The notes beneath the pieces were generated by a model. That model did no database searches, was not told the origin of the DNA, and saw only the letters and a list, made by a program, of their open reading frames with translations. Positions 15,537-27,429 of a DNA stretch of 64,000 bases are shown here, piece by piece. Made by a program: the position numbers and the translations under genes. Each line of letters opens with the position of its first letter. Within the stretch, counting starts at the first letter, position 1. The stretch is from Octopus vulgaris (Eukaryota), in the NCBI GenBank assembly GCA_951406725.2, contig OX597819.1:108314001-108378000 (forward strand), read 5' to 3'.

Positions 15537-15624
15537 CTCCAAATACTAGCAAAATTAAGGCTAAAATACCAACAATCTTGGAGCCACCACAATCAGTGGT
15601 ATTCCAACTGCGATACCTTGCCAT
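15537..15624 (-). CDS. First coding exon of an unidentified secreted or membrane protein (signal-peptide-like MARYRSWNTTDCGGSKIVGILALILLVFG)
   Basis: AAG-ATG-G start context at 15624; basic n-region then hydrophobic IVGILALILLVFG; 88 nt ending at a consensus donor GAG|GTAAGT (intron starts 15536, phase 1); non-repetitive sequence at the edge of a CpG-richer domain. No downstream exon recognised in 1-15500. Confidence 0.65.
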
Positions 15625-17800
15625 CTTACATGTATGTAGGTTTTGTTTATCAGTCTTTCTGACTACAGTTTTTTTTCCTTTCAGATCCTTTCTTCGGGAC
15701 CAAAAAAAGGGACGTTATATGGGCAAAAAAATGCCAGAATAACAAGAATCCTCGGCGACTTCTACATCAGTAAAATCCTGTCTACCAGCATCCGTCGTGA
15801 ATAAATGTAATTCTGTAGTTCTCCTTGATAAGAGAGAAGCAAATGATGGATTAGTGTGTTAGGTCGTTGTGTAAATCGATGTGTCTATGTGTGTGTGTTA
15901 CCTCAAGGTGCGTGTGCTTTATCCTGTGTGTATGTGTAACAGTAGCTACAGTAGTTTTGATAGAAATATAGAGGAGCAAGAGAGAGAGAGAACTGTGCTT
16001 GTGACTGCTGCTGATGCGCGTGTGACCAGAATTAGTGTATATATGTGTATGTAAGAGTATGTTTATGCAAGTATCTATACGCGCGCATGTTTATGTTTGA
16101 GGGTACGTTTATATGTAAGTACGTATGTATTTAAAGTGAAATAAACATGTTTTGTATAAAAATATACTCTTTTTTTTTTAATGCGTATATATAGATATAT
16201 AAATATATATACGAATAGTGAGCTCGCGTGTACTTAGGGCGCGTATCTAGGTTTCTTTATGTATGTTTTCTGTGTACCGTTGCAAATGTGGGTGTGTACG
16301 TATGCGTGTGTGTTGCATGTGAGCCTATACGCGCGCGTGTGGGAATTTGCAGTTATATGTTTGAATGTATGTATACATCAATGTAGCTAGGTCTACATTA
16401 CTAAATGTGTGTGTCAGTATGCTGTGTGTTCTATGTATGTATGTATCTCGTATGTATGTATGTATCGTGTATGTATGAATGTTTCGTGTATGTATGTATG
16501 TATGTATGTATGTATGTATGTATGTATGTATTTAGCCGTTAGTAGAAACAACGGCATCAACTGATGGACGAACACACACACACGATATATAGATTTATTT
16601 CAATTAAGACACAAGATCTAAGTTTTTATTGAAGAGATGTTGTGATGGTCATCCTTTTTTCAACTGTACCATCATTAGACATTCATACAGTGGTTTCGTT
16701 TCGACTATGCACAAGGGTCCTATAATATTCGGAGAAAGAAAGAAATGGGATGTTGTGATAATCATGTCTATCCCAAGGACATTTGTAGACACAGTTTTAT
16801 TGAAGCATAAAGTCATACAACTAACTGCTACTAGCAACGCTTATGAAAGGGAGAAGGTAGTGTTTTTATTGTGTTGAGGTATAGGTGCAGAGTGATATAT
16901 ATATATATATATATCAGAGAGAGCGAGAGCGAGAGAGAATGAGGTAAAGGTTTATGAGAAAGCATTCGAGTGAACGAGAGACAAAAGGACATAAAAGGGT
17001 GTGTGTGTGTGTTTAAATTAGTGAGAGGGAAGGCGGACAGACGAGAAAAAACGAGAAACGAAACACAGAAGGGGACATTATGTATATATGTATCTGCTTG
17101 AATGAACGGAAGAAAGAGAGATGCAGACACAGACAGAGGAGTAAAGGTGTGGGAAAATTGGTTGATTAAACGAAAAACAGACAGGACAGTGTGTATATGG
17201 AATGACTGAAAGAACGATAGAATTTACAAAATAGAGAACAGTGAGTAGGAATGAAGAGATAGATGAAATTTTAAGTGAGAGAACATTTGAAATCGAAAAC
17301 AGAAAGAGAGGGTGGGGAGAGAGAGTCAATGTAGATGAGTGTGTACACATATATATGAGTGTGTGTATGTGAGAATGAGGAAGCAAATGAATAAGAGAAA
17401 GCGAAAGCAAGGGTAAGAGAGATGAAAGAAAATGAGGGCAAATGAGCAAGTAGTGGGGAAGAGCGACGAGAATTAGAAATAGATTAAACAAAGCAGTGAG
17501 ACTAAGAGAAAGTGAAAGTACAAGATAGGACAGAAAGAGAGAGAGAGAGGTTATATGATAGTCTGAGTGAGAGGTAGAAAGCTTAAATGAAAGAGTGTGA
17601 GAGAACAAAGAGGAACAATCGAGAAAGGGTGTATATATATATTTGTGTGGGAACGGGTATGTGAGAAGAGATAAAAAAACAAGGACTGAAGAAAGAGAGA
17701 ATGAAAAATAAAGAGAGTGAAAGGTGGAGGTTGGCTTCTGGAGTAGATGGGACGTTTTCCTCATTCCCACACAAGCATGCATCCGTGCATGCGCTTATGC
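15625..17800 (-). promoter_or_regulatory. Putative 5' UTR and promoter region of the minus-strand gene
   Basis: SINE-free 2 kb stretch with CGCG clusters (16016-16340), unique sequence at 16540-16880 and a long GA-rich purine tract (16920-17760); TSS not determinable. Confidence 0.35.
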
Positions 17801-19938
17801 GCACGTAGAGATATACATACACTCGACCCATCAATCACTCATCACTTTCAAAACTGCTAACAGTAAATGACTTAAGCACACACTGATATATGTGTGCGTA
17901 TGTACATATATCAGCATCTTTTCAGACACTAATGTCTCAAATAGCCTCACACACACACACAGATAGAGACGGGGTTTCATATGATGTGATGGTTTGGTTG
18001 TTATGGCTGTGATTTTCATAACATCTTCTGGTGTTATCAAATTTTCTAAGTATTGCAAGGAGACCAATGGCTATTATTGGCTAGTTTTTGACAATCGAGT
18101 GTTTATAATTAATTGTGTGTGTGTGTGTGTGTGATCGATATATATACAACCATATGAGTGTCGGTAGTCCTTACATTTTTAACAACAAACATGAACGCCA
18201 GGTAAGAAGCTTCTATATGGTCGTTCGACTTGTTAAAAGTAACACCCAAGTCTCCTTCAGCCCACATCATGCCATCTTAAAAAGCAAAGATACATTTATT
18301 AATCAGTCCACGATATACTACATAAGGGAAAAAATGTGAAAGGTGCACGACCGAAATGTCTTTGATCATAAACATGTTCGATCAGGGCTGACCTGGGGCT
18401 AAACAACAACACAAAAAAAAATGCGTAAAAATTTACGACTGAATAATTATGAAAGTTTTTCATAACTCTCCGCTCTAAAAGAAAAAAATATATAACGAAG
18501 GTTGTGCAAGATATCTTTCTTGATTTCACAACGAATCTCATTGTCATCTCTCATCTTCCATTGTAAAAGCCTATTAGATGACCAACTGAAAACAACCTGT
18601 TAGAAATAGTAGCCAAGTCACACTCACTACCGTCTTTGAAGAAAATTAATACTATGATTAATATGGATCTTAGTGTACAGTGTCTGGGAAATGAATGACT
18701 TTGATCATAAGTCTGCCCAATCGGTGCTGATCATGGCTAAACAACCAGCAGAAACAATGATATGCCAATCAACAAGGAAGCCCCACGCGGTCGCTTGCTC
18801 TACAAGAAATAGCAGCCATGTCTTCCCCAAATTAAATCCTATTGTCTTGTACAAAAAGATAGGTTGATCTCGGTTGGATCACGTTTGATTGTAGTTTTCT
18901 CGATCACGGCTGATCTGGAGCAAAAAACAACTATAACTTGTTGGCACTCTTCTTGTACATCATTTCTACACTGAAAATCGAAGGAGAAACTAAAACTTCT
19001 CTATAACGAAATTATTATTAAGTCCGTAATTAAAAGTATATAACTTAATCATTCAGATTTATAGTACTCTTCGAGCGCTGGTCTTGCATTTGGTATTTAG
19101 AATTTAAGGACTATCATATAACATATACGTATGTTGTTATCTCATGTCCATCTTGATCGAATAAATGTCTGGTCAAAGGCTTTCTAGTTGTTACCATATC
19201 CTCTTTTATATATATATATATATATATCAGAAATGCGCTATCCCAAACTACATTATAGCATGTATCCTTCTGTCTTTAAGACAGCAATGTGTGATTTGAG
19301 GGCAATCTGACCACTATTTCTAGCCGCTGGAGCGACCACGAAGAGGCTCCTTCGTTGGCTTGTGAAAAAAAGGCTCCTGAGCGCATGTATCTATGTTTAT
19401 TTTTAAGTCTACCTTCCTCGCGGCATAACAGGTCCTCTTGCTCAAACTGAAGACATACTAAACAGCACATGATCAGATGCAACTCTTCCGGCAATTTCTC
19501 TCATTCTCTCTGTTGATTGGTCGAAAAATAAAACACGACTGTTTATACAAACTAATATATGCAGATTCGCACTCTGCTGTACACATACACACCTTCTCAC
19601 ACAGCTGTACATCACATAAGAGAGTCTTATGTGGTCACTTGAACTACAAGAAATAGCAGTCAAATCTCCCTCAAATCAAATCCTACTCTCTTAAAAAACA
19701 GTGGAGTTCTAGGTATATAAAAAGATGAAATGGTCGTAGATGGAACGCTTCTGACTACTGGTCAACTCAGTCAAGGCTGACCTGAGCAAAACAGCATCTC
19801 AGACTCAGTCTTGCATGCTGCTAATACACCACATATGATGCATACACTGCAGTGTACCATACTCATGCACGTTTGTGTCCCATATTCGAGACACTCCTTC
19901 ACACATCACTCAAGACTTAAACACGCTGTACATCCTAC

Positions 19939-20261
19939 ATGTGAAGGCGTATGGCTTACGATCGTGAGGTTGTGAGCTCGAATCCCGGACCGGGCTGCGT
20001 GTTGTGTTCTTGAGCAAGGCACTTTATTTCACGTTGCTCCAATTCACTCAGCTGTAGAAATGAGTTGCGACGTCACAGGTGCCAAGCTGTATCGGCCTTT
20101 GCCTTTCCCTTTGATAACACTGGTGACGTGCAGAGAGGAGGCCGGTATGCATGGGCGACTGCTGGTCTTCCATAAATAACCTTGCCCAGACTTGTGCCTG
20201 GGAGGGTAACTTTCTAGGTGCAAGCCCATGGTCAGTGTCATGACCGAAGGGGGTCACGACA
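19939..20261 (+). mobile_element. tRNA-derived SINE with target-site duplication
   Basis: B-box-like GAGCTCGAATCCC, core TTGAGCAAGGCACTTTATTTCACGTTGCTCC; 9-bp TSD ACATCCTAC at 19930-19938 and 20262-20270; fragments at 22030-22055 (-) and 32000-32075. Confidence 0.8.
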
Positions 20262-20695
20262 ACATCCTACTCCAACTCACGCACTGAAAGCCACCGAACT
20301 GGAAAATATAGAAACAAAGCTCTTTTGAACAAATGCAGTCAGACCCACACATGGTTGTATACTATATTTAACATTCATATATTGTTGTACACCACTTAAC
20401 ACTACTGCTCATCATATTCATCATATCCAACACTCACACGATTATACACCACACTTAAGACACACACTCCGGCACCCCGCTCATACAAACTTACACACAA
20501 TGATGTACACCACATGGTTCCGGGTTCAATCCCTCTGCGTAGCACCTTGTGACAGTATCTTCTACTATAGCCTCGGGCTGACCAAAGTTTTGTGAGTGGA
20601 TTTGGTAGACGGAAACTGAAAGCCCGTCGTATATATGTGTGTGTGTGTGTGTATGTATACACACACACATATGTATGCATGTATATATATATATA

Positions 20696-20928
20696 TATTT
20701 CTTTACTACCCACAAAGGGGCTAAACACAGAGGTGACAAACAAGGACAGACAAACGGATTAAGTCGATTACATCGACCCCAGTGCGTAACTGGTACTTAA
20801 TTTATCGACCCCGAAAGGACGAAAGGCAAAGTCGACCTCGGCGGAATTTGAACTCAGAAAGTAACGGCAGACGAAATACGGCTACGCATTTCGCCCGGCG
20901 TGCTAACGTTTCTGCCAGCTCGCCGCCT
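20696..20928 (-). mobile_element. tRNA-derived SINE (family B), well preserved
   Basis: Reverse complement of 28034-28251; further copies at 47097-47302, 51526-51750, 40290-40510 and 62870-63600. Confidence 0.85.
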
Positions 20929-21279
20929 TGTGTGTGTGTGTGTGTGTGCGTGTGTGTGTGTGTATATATATGTACATATGTATGTGTGTGCGTGTTTGTC
21001 CCTCCTCAACCGCTTGACAGCCGGTGTTTGTGTGTTTACGTCCCCGTAACGTAGCGGTTCAGCAAAAGAGACTATTAGAATAAGATCTAGGCTTAAGAAA
21101 AATAAGTCCTGGGGTCGATTTGTTCGACTAAAACCTTCCAAGGCGGTGCCGATGCCTCAGCAAATGACTGAAACAAGTAAAAGATAAAAGATATACCAAC
21201 CAAATAACAAAAGTCCTGAGATTTAACCACTAAGTTACTTTTGTAGTTTTGTTTTTAATTTTTATCAAATTATCGAACT

Positions 21280-21610
21280 CTCTCTTTACTCTTTTAATTG
21301 TTTCAGTCATTTGACTGCGGCCATGCTGGAGCACCGCCTTTAGTCGAGCAAATCGACCCCGGGACTTATTCTTTGTAAACCCAGTACTTATTCTATGGGT
21401 CTCTTTTGCCGAACCGCTAAGTGACGGGGACGTAAACACACCGGCATCGGTTGTCAAGCAATGCTAGGGGGACAAACACAGACACACAAACACACATATA
21501 TACATACATATATACGACAGGCTTCTTTCAGTTTCCGTCTACCAAATCCACTCACAAGGCATTGGTCGGCCCGGGGCTATAGCAGAAGACACTTGCCCAA
21601 GATGCCATGT
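21280..21610 (-). mobile_element. tRNA-derived SINE (family A), 5'-truncated
   Basis: Reverse complement of 55797-56180 body and tail. Confidence 0.85.
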
Positions 21611-22308
21611 AAAGAATTCGAAGATAAGTGCACCTCTCATCGGTGCATCTAACTTATGAAGTCAAATTTTGCTTTGCTTTTATTTGTGTTATTGCAGACT
21701 ATACTTTCTGACATAGTATTTGGGAATCGAACCAAAATTTTCAAAGCTTCATCCACAAGCATTCGAAGAAAATCCATGACAGTTAATACTGAAAATTTTC
21801 CTACCTACACCAGATTGATGTTTCACTACAAAGTTGACTCTGCCTTTAACTTAGCTAAAATCGAGGTCAAATAGGTTTAACACCCATATTGAGGAAAGTA
21901 CATTTCGGTATTAAAAATTTGAAAGACGAAATCCGTCTCGTCAAATCTACCTTCTTCACATTTTTTCCCAAAGTTCTAACAGCCTGAAATCCCAGGAACT
22001 TGCTAATTCCCCACGATATATACATAAAGACCCCCCTTCGGTCATGAATGACCATGTATGTATGTATCTATGTACGTATTTGTATGTCTGTGATTGTACC
22101 CCCAACATCGCTTAACAACCGATGTTGGTGTTTTACGTCCCTTAAGTTAGCGATTCGGCAAAATAAGTACTAGGCTTACAAAGAATAAATCCTGGGGTCG
22201 ATTTGTTCGAATAAAGGTGGTGCTCCAGCATGGTCGCAGTCAAATGACTGAAACAAGTAAAAGAGTAAAAGAATAAAATGTGTTCTTATATGTTTATATA
22301 TATATATA

Positions 22309-22957
22309 CTAGCAGAATTGCCCGGCGAGGCTCGGGGCTGAATTGCTTGAAAGTACTGTTAATGATTGCACTGAATTATGATGATTATTCAGGCAAATAT
22401 TGATATAAGTTTACGGCGAATGAATGTATTTGTAAGTGTATAGAAAGCCGTGTAAAGGGGTTCCTACACCCTCGTAGAATGGTGTAAGAATTGAATGCGA
22501 GGTTGCCTTGAAAAGAGCCATGTTATTGTTCTCATAATTGTAAGAATTTGATAGTCGTGGAAGGCGGTGTAAAACGTTCGCAGGTGAATAGGGTCTCTTC
22601 GATTTCCACGAACGGCAGTGGATGTGCTGTTACAAAACTTCATGCTGTGTTAAAAGAGAATGGATGCCCTATGTAGGCAAGAGGGGAATGAAGCATGGGT
22701 AAGTAAATATGGGTAATTTATAAAATATAGAACATGCATGTATATATATGTATGTATGCCTGTATATATGTACAAAATCCACTGAGAAGGCTTTTGTTGG
22801 TCTGAAGCTACAGCAGAAGACACATGCCAAGTCACCACACAGTGGGACTGAACCCAGGACCATGTGTTTGGAACGTAGTTTGTTACCACACAGCCACATC
22901 TGCCCCTATGTGTGTGTGTGTGCGTATGTGTGTATGGGTAGATATATTATGCATGTA

Positions 22958-22990
<33 letters not shown>

Positions 22991-23969
22991 GTGTACATAT
23001 TACATGTACATCTATATATATAGATATACACATACACATAAAATACAAAATACAAAGTTATATCTTGATATCGCTAGTGAGAACAATACTCAAAATATAT
23101 AGCAGACTGGAATTGTAGGCCCGTCTCTGGCAATTTCGATCAATTGGATCTTGTCCTCCCTCTTGTATGGAAGTGTACGGCTGCAGCGAAATTCATTTTT
23201 GGACTTTCTTCTATCGAAGGCATTTTAACAAAAATGCTTCCGTAAAGACAGTGAAAATATTGTCAATTTCCCCAAACAGGGACACAATTCACTTTTTAAA
23301 CAATAATCAAAGCCCCTTCTCCGAAAGGGGGAGGGTTACGGTTTACAATTATTTAACAAATGCAACACAACAACGTTTCCCTGACGAGGAACCAACAAAC
23401 GTGATTACAATAATCAAACAGTAATAATAATAACAACAAACCTTTTTAATTTATCCCCATTTATGTGAAACTACTTATTCAAGTTCAAGTCATTGATGCA
23501 ATTTTATACGAATTGCTAATACACACACACACACACACACACACATAATAAGGGTGAAAAATTGAATATTAATTTGATTAATATGAATTGAAAACCAGTG
23601 ATATAGAATATAAGACCATAGCGGATCTTCCTCTAGCGAAAAGGATGACCAGTATTAATGGCTCATCTCTGTTATATAAATACTTTCACTTTAATTGTTG
23701 CACACTTGCAAAGAAAAAGTAGGAGAAAGTGTGGTGGTAATGGAAGGAGTGAAGCACTTGAAATGAGAGAGGGAAATCGTAAAATATTGAGTTTTCTCGA
23801 ATTTTTGCTTAATTGGGGGTGAAATTGAAAAAACTTTACATGCCATGACCCAATGGAATCTACTTGGAAAAATCATAGGTAAATTCCAATTGAAGAAATT
23901 CTATATTGTACAATTGTATAAAAAACGAACGATTTGGGAGGCAGAGAAAATCTGCCTTTTATCATAAGA
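22309..23969 (-). mobile_element. Putative non-autonomous Helitron with nested SINE
   Basis: Minus-strand 3' end: GC hairpin CCCGAGCCTCGCCGGG then CAATTCTG-CTAG|T (CTAG at 22309-22312); candidate 5' end TCTTATGATAAAAGGCAGATTTTCTCTGCC at 23969; family A SINE at about 22745-22905 inside. The pairing of the two ends is inferred. Confidence 0.55.
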
Positions 23970-24144
23970 AATTTATATTTATACATATGTATATGAGCAT
24001 AATAATGCGTGTATGGACACATATATGTGTGTATGTATGTGTAATCGATCCCATACACCACGATGTTTGAAACTTTTGAACGTTTTTTTTTTTTTGTACT
24101 TTCTGCTTTTTCCTATTGTCGTTTCTTAAACTTTTTTTATTTTC

Positions 24145-24182
24145 TCTCTCTGCTGAAGAGCGTAGGCTCGAAACGTAAGAGA
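24145..24182 (+). ncRNA. Minimal type I hammerhead ribozyme motif (A6C core variant)
   Basis: TCTCT-CTGCTGA-A-GAGC gtag GCTC-GAAA-CG-TA-AGAGA: stem I TCTCT/AGAGA, stem II GAGC/GCTC, palindromic stem III ACGT, GUA site at 24175-24177. Confidence 0.6.
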
Positions 24183-24562
24183 CTTTCTCACTTCCCGTGC
24201 GTTAAACTAATACATCTGTTTGTTGTTTACACACCTGTCTTCGTCTTTTGTTTTGTTTTTTGTGGGGGGGGTTGTAAATTCCAACTATATATATTGCACG
24301 CTCACGTGGTCGCACCAGTTTCATCTTGTCACTACCTCATACACTTCGGACTATTCTACCTGGATTATTTACTCTCCTTCACTTCGAACTTCCACCTGGT
24401 TTTCACATGGATTACACTGGACTCTTCCGTTGATGAAAAATCGTTCCAATACACCACGATGTTTGAACTTTTCTGAACCATTTTTTTTGTACTTTCTGCC
24501 TTTTCCTATTGTCGTTTCTTAAACCTTTTTCTTATTTTCTCTCTCTGCTCATTTCTGAGTTC

Positions 24563-24598
24563 CTTTCTGTTGATGTGCATAGGCTCGAAACGTAAAAG
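24563..24598 (+). ncRNA. Minimal type I hammerhead ribozyme motif (A6U core variant)
   Basis: CTTT-CTGTTGA-T-GTGC atag GCTC-GAAA-CG-TA-AAAG: stem I CTTT/AAAG, one mismatch in stem II, palindromic ACGT stem III. Confidence 0.5.
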
Positions 24599-24892
24599 AC
24601 TTTCTCATTTAAACTAATATATCTGTTTGTTAATTACACACCTGTCTTCGTCTTTCGTTGTTTTTTTGTATGTGTGTGTGTGTACATACCTATGTGTGTA
24701 TGTGTATACGTGTATGAATGTTTATATACATGTGTACGTATGTAGATTTTATGAACGAAGATTTTTATCTTTATGAGTATGTGGTTGCGTGTACTTTTAT
24801 AATTTTTTTATATATTATATATTTTATATCTTTTACTTTTATTTTACACGCCTATTAGAGTAACTTCCCTTTATTCAACGGTTTTTTTTTTT

Positions 24893-24965
24893 TCATAGAG
24901 TTCTAACTGATGAAAAATGCTTAGAAGCTCTCAGCTCTGGTATTTGAAACTGAGTATTATTATGA
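24893..24965 (+). ncRNA. Type I hammerhead ribozyme with intact catalytic core
   Basis: CTGATGA (24907-24913), extra A, long stem II AAATGC..TAG.AGCT ctc AGCT CTG GTATTT, GAAA (24946), stem III AC-tga-GT, GUA site (24954-24956), stem I TAA/TTA extended past a 5-nt bulge by TCATAG/TTATGA. Confidence 0.75.
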
Positions 24966-25404
24966 CAAATGATTGTCCTATATTTTATATATATACAAAA
25001 CTACTCATGACCCGTTGAGTCACCTGGAAAGTCTGAGTGTCCTAGCAACGGAATTTTATTTCGTGGGATTTGGTTTTCTTTTCCAAGTAATTTCGCATGC
25101 TTTCAACGGATGTGACATCGAAATCACGCGTAAACGACTCCTTTCCCCAGAAAAGGAAAGATTCGGCTACTATTTCTTGCATGCCCTGCTATCACGTAAC
25201 GGGTATTTCGGATCCTTTATCACAAATAATTGTTACGTGGTAGCAGGGTGTGCTAGAAATCGCAGCCAAATCTTTAGAGCTAAGATACGTTGAAAGCACT
25301 CGAAAAATATTTTGTAATAGTATTCCTTTGGGGCGATCTTTCGGATTGAATCTCAGAGCTGTTGCTTTGACTCTCGGAACTGTCATCCAGATCAGCTGGG
25401 TTTT

Positions 25405-25587
25405 GTTCTTTAATTTCCGTAAAAATGTTTATTTATTTATTTTTGTTTTAAAGTGTACATGAGAACACACACATTCACTTTCTCTCTCTCACACACACAC
25501 ATGCACACGTACATACAGAAAAGATGTACGCATATGTATTGATGTATGTACGTATACATGACAACAAACCTCTTCTCTCTCCCCTCT

Positions 25588-25633
<46 letters not shown>

Positions 25634-25719
25634 TACGTCCATTTCACATACACGTATATACATCTTTCACTTTAAAACAAAAGTAAATAAATAAAAACTT
25701 TTTACGGAAATTAACGAAC
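25405..25719. mobile_element. MITE-like element: about 50-bp inverted repeats enclosing CT/CA microsatellites
   Basis: GTTCTTTAATTTCCGTAAAAATGTTTATTTATTTATTTTTGTTTTAAAGTG (25405-25455) pairs with CACTTTAAAACAAAAGTAAATAAATAAAAACTTTTTACGGAAATTAACGAAC (25668-25719). Confidence 0.6.
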
Positions 25720-25926
25720 TGTTTAAAAAAGCTAAAATATAAATACTTACTGTACAAACAACTTACATTTTTGAAATCACATTCACTTAAAAATATTTCT
25801 AAACGATTAAAATATTGTGGACGTCAAAAAGTCGACTTTTGTTTTCTTTAGAGAACACGAAGACTGTGTGTGTGTATGTTGCAGATAGTGGACGTGTGTT
25901 TGTATTGATTAACTGCCTTGACATTC

Positions 25927-26270
25927 ATTCTTTTTACTCTCTTTTTACTTGTTTCAGTCATTTGACTGCGGCCATGCTGGAGCATCACCTTTTAGTCGAG
26001 CAAATCGACCCCGGGACTTATTCTTTTGTAAGCCCAGTACTTATTCTATCGGTCTCTTTTGCCGAACCGCTAAGTAACGGGGACATAAACACACCAGCAT
26101 CGGTTGTCAAGCACAGACACACAAACACATATATATATATATACGACAGGCTTCTTTCAGTTTCCGTCTACCAAATCCACTCACAAGGCTTTGGTCGGCC
26201 CGAGGCTATAGTAGAAGACACTTGCCCAAGGTGCCACGCTGTGGGACTGAACCCGGAACCATGTGGTTGG
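25927..26270 (-). mobile_element. tRNA-derived SINE (family A)
   Basis: Reverse complement of 55797-56180. Confidence 0.85.
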
Positions 26271-27429
26271 TATATGTTTTGACATCACAGAAGCCATTTT
26301 TTTTTCGTCAAAAAATAAACAAAATTTGTGTTTAATCGTTTTCATTAATAAATCGAGGGCCAAATATCACAAAAATTTGTACAGCCCTGCCGAAGGTAAG
26401 TATGAAAATAAATATGCTAAAAAAAAATTAAGATAAAATATACTATTTCTGAGATTTTTCGGGTACACACAAACATCTTTAGAGTTTTAGTAGTATTAAC
26501 ACACACGTCTTGTTTCAGTCATTTGAAGAATTTCAGTCGAACGAATCGACCTCAGTACTTCTATTTATTTTAAACTTAGTACTTAATCTATTTGCCGAGC
26601 CGCTAAGTTACGGAGGCGTAAACACACCAACACTGGTTGTCAAGACCCAGACACATACACATATATACGATGGGCTTCTTTCAGTTTCCATCTACCAAAT
26701 CCACGCACAAGGTTTTAATCGACCCAAGGCTATGAAATACTCTTACCCAAGAAATATTGACATTTATTCAGCAATGTCCTGGACGTGTCAAATATGCATC
26801 GCACGCCTTAATTTTTTGGTTTATATTTTTCAAAAATTGCTTCGGACTCCATTTTACAACGGTCAAATTACGATTTTGCCAAATAAAACAAAAAAAAAAA
26901 ATTCTAAATTTGGCCCCACTATCCTCACAAAAAAAAATGGGTGTTTTTAATCAATATTTATATTTATCTCTTTAATTCCACGTTTTAAACTACGGAAATT
27001 ACAAATTATAAAAAAAATTCTTTAAAAATTTCAATCCCTCCACCTCCGCCCCACAAAATGGATTACAATAATTTCTTACTTCCAGCATGTTGTCATAAAT
27101 CGAACGTAATAATCTACTTTGAGTCATCTAACAAAATCATAAAGTCAGTCTTATTATTTATTCAGTGAGCAAAGCCAGGATTCCCAAGCAAAGTTTGGAA
27201 ACTGACTAGAACATTCTGTGGAAACTACTGAATTGGAAAATATAAAACCAAAAAGCTGTTTTGGTATATATGTCTTCGCTATGTCTCTGAAACATGCAGC
27301 ATTACTGCTTTAAATGTATGCTTGTGAGATTAACGCACTTTTGAACAACATTAAATAACTTTTCTAGTTCACTATTTTCTTTAGATTTTTTGGCACACCT
27401 TACAAGTGCACTCTCCACCTCATGCGACC

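Larger units (their letters stand above)
24052..24670 (+). mobile_element. Internally deleted Penelope-like element: two direct terminal repeats flanking an RT remnant
   Basis: Repeat ATACACCACGATGTTTGAA...CACACCTGTCTTCGTCTTT at about 24052-24250 and 24448-24655; spacer translates YLLSFTSNFHLVFTWITLDSSV, like the Penelope RT FxxFxxNFHPxLxFTW motif; each repeat holds a hammerhead-like motif. Confidence 0.7.

Noticed and set aside
17078-17782. Longest non-transposase ORF (234 aa, hydrophobic, minus strand)
   Set aside because: Complement of a GA-rich purine tract; low-complexity S/L/F content with no domain or splice support
23380-23405. CTGACGAGGAACC as a hammerhead core
   Set aside because: No GAAA after stem II and no stems I or III
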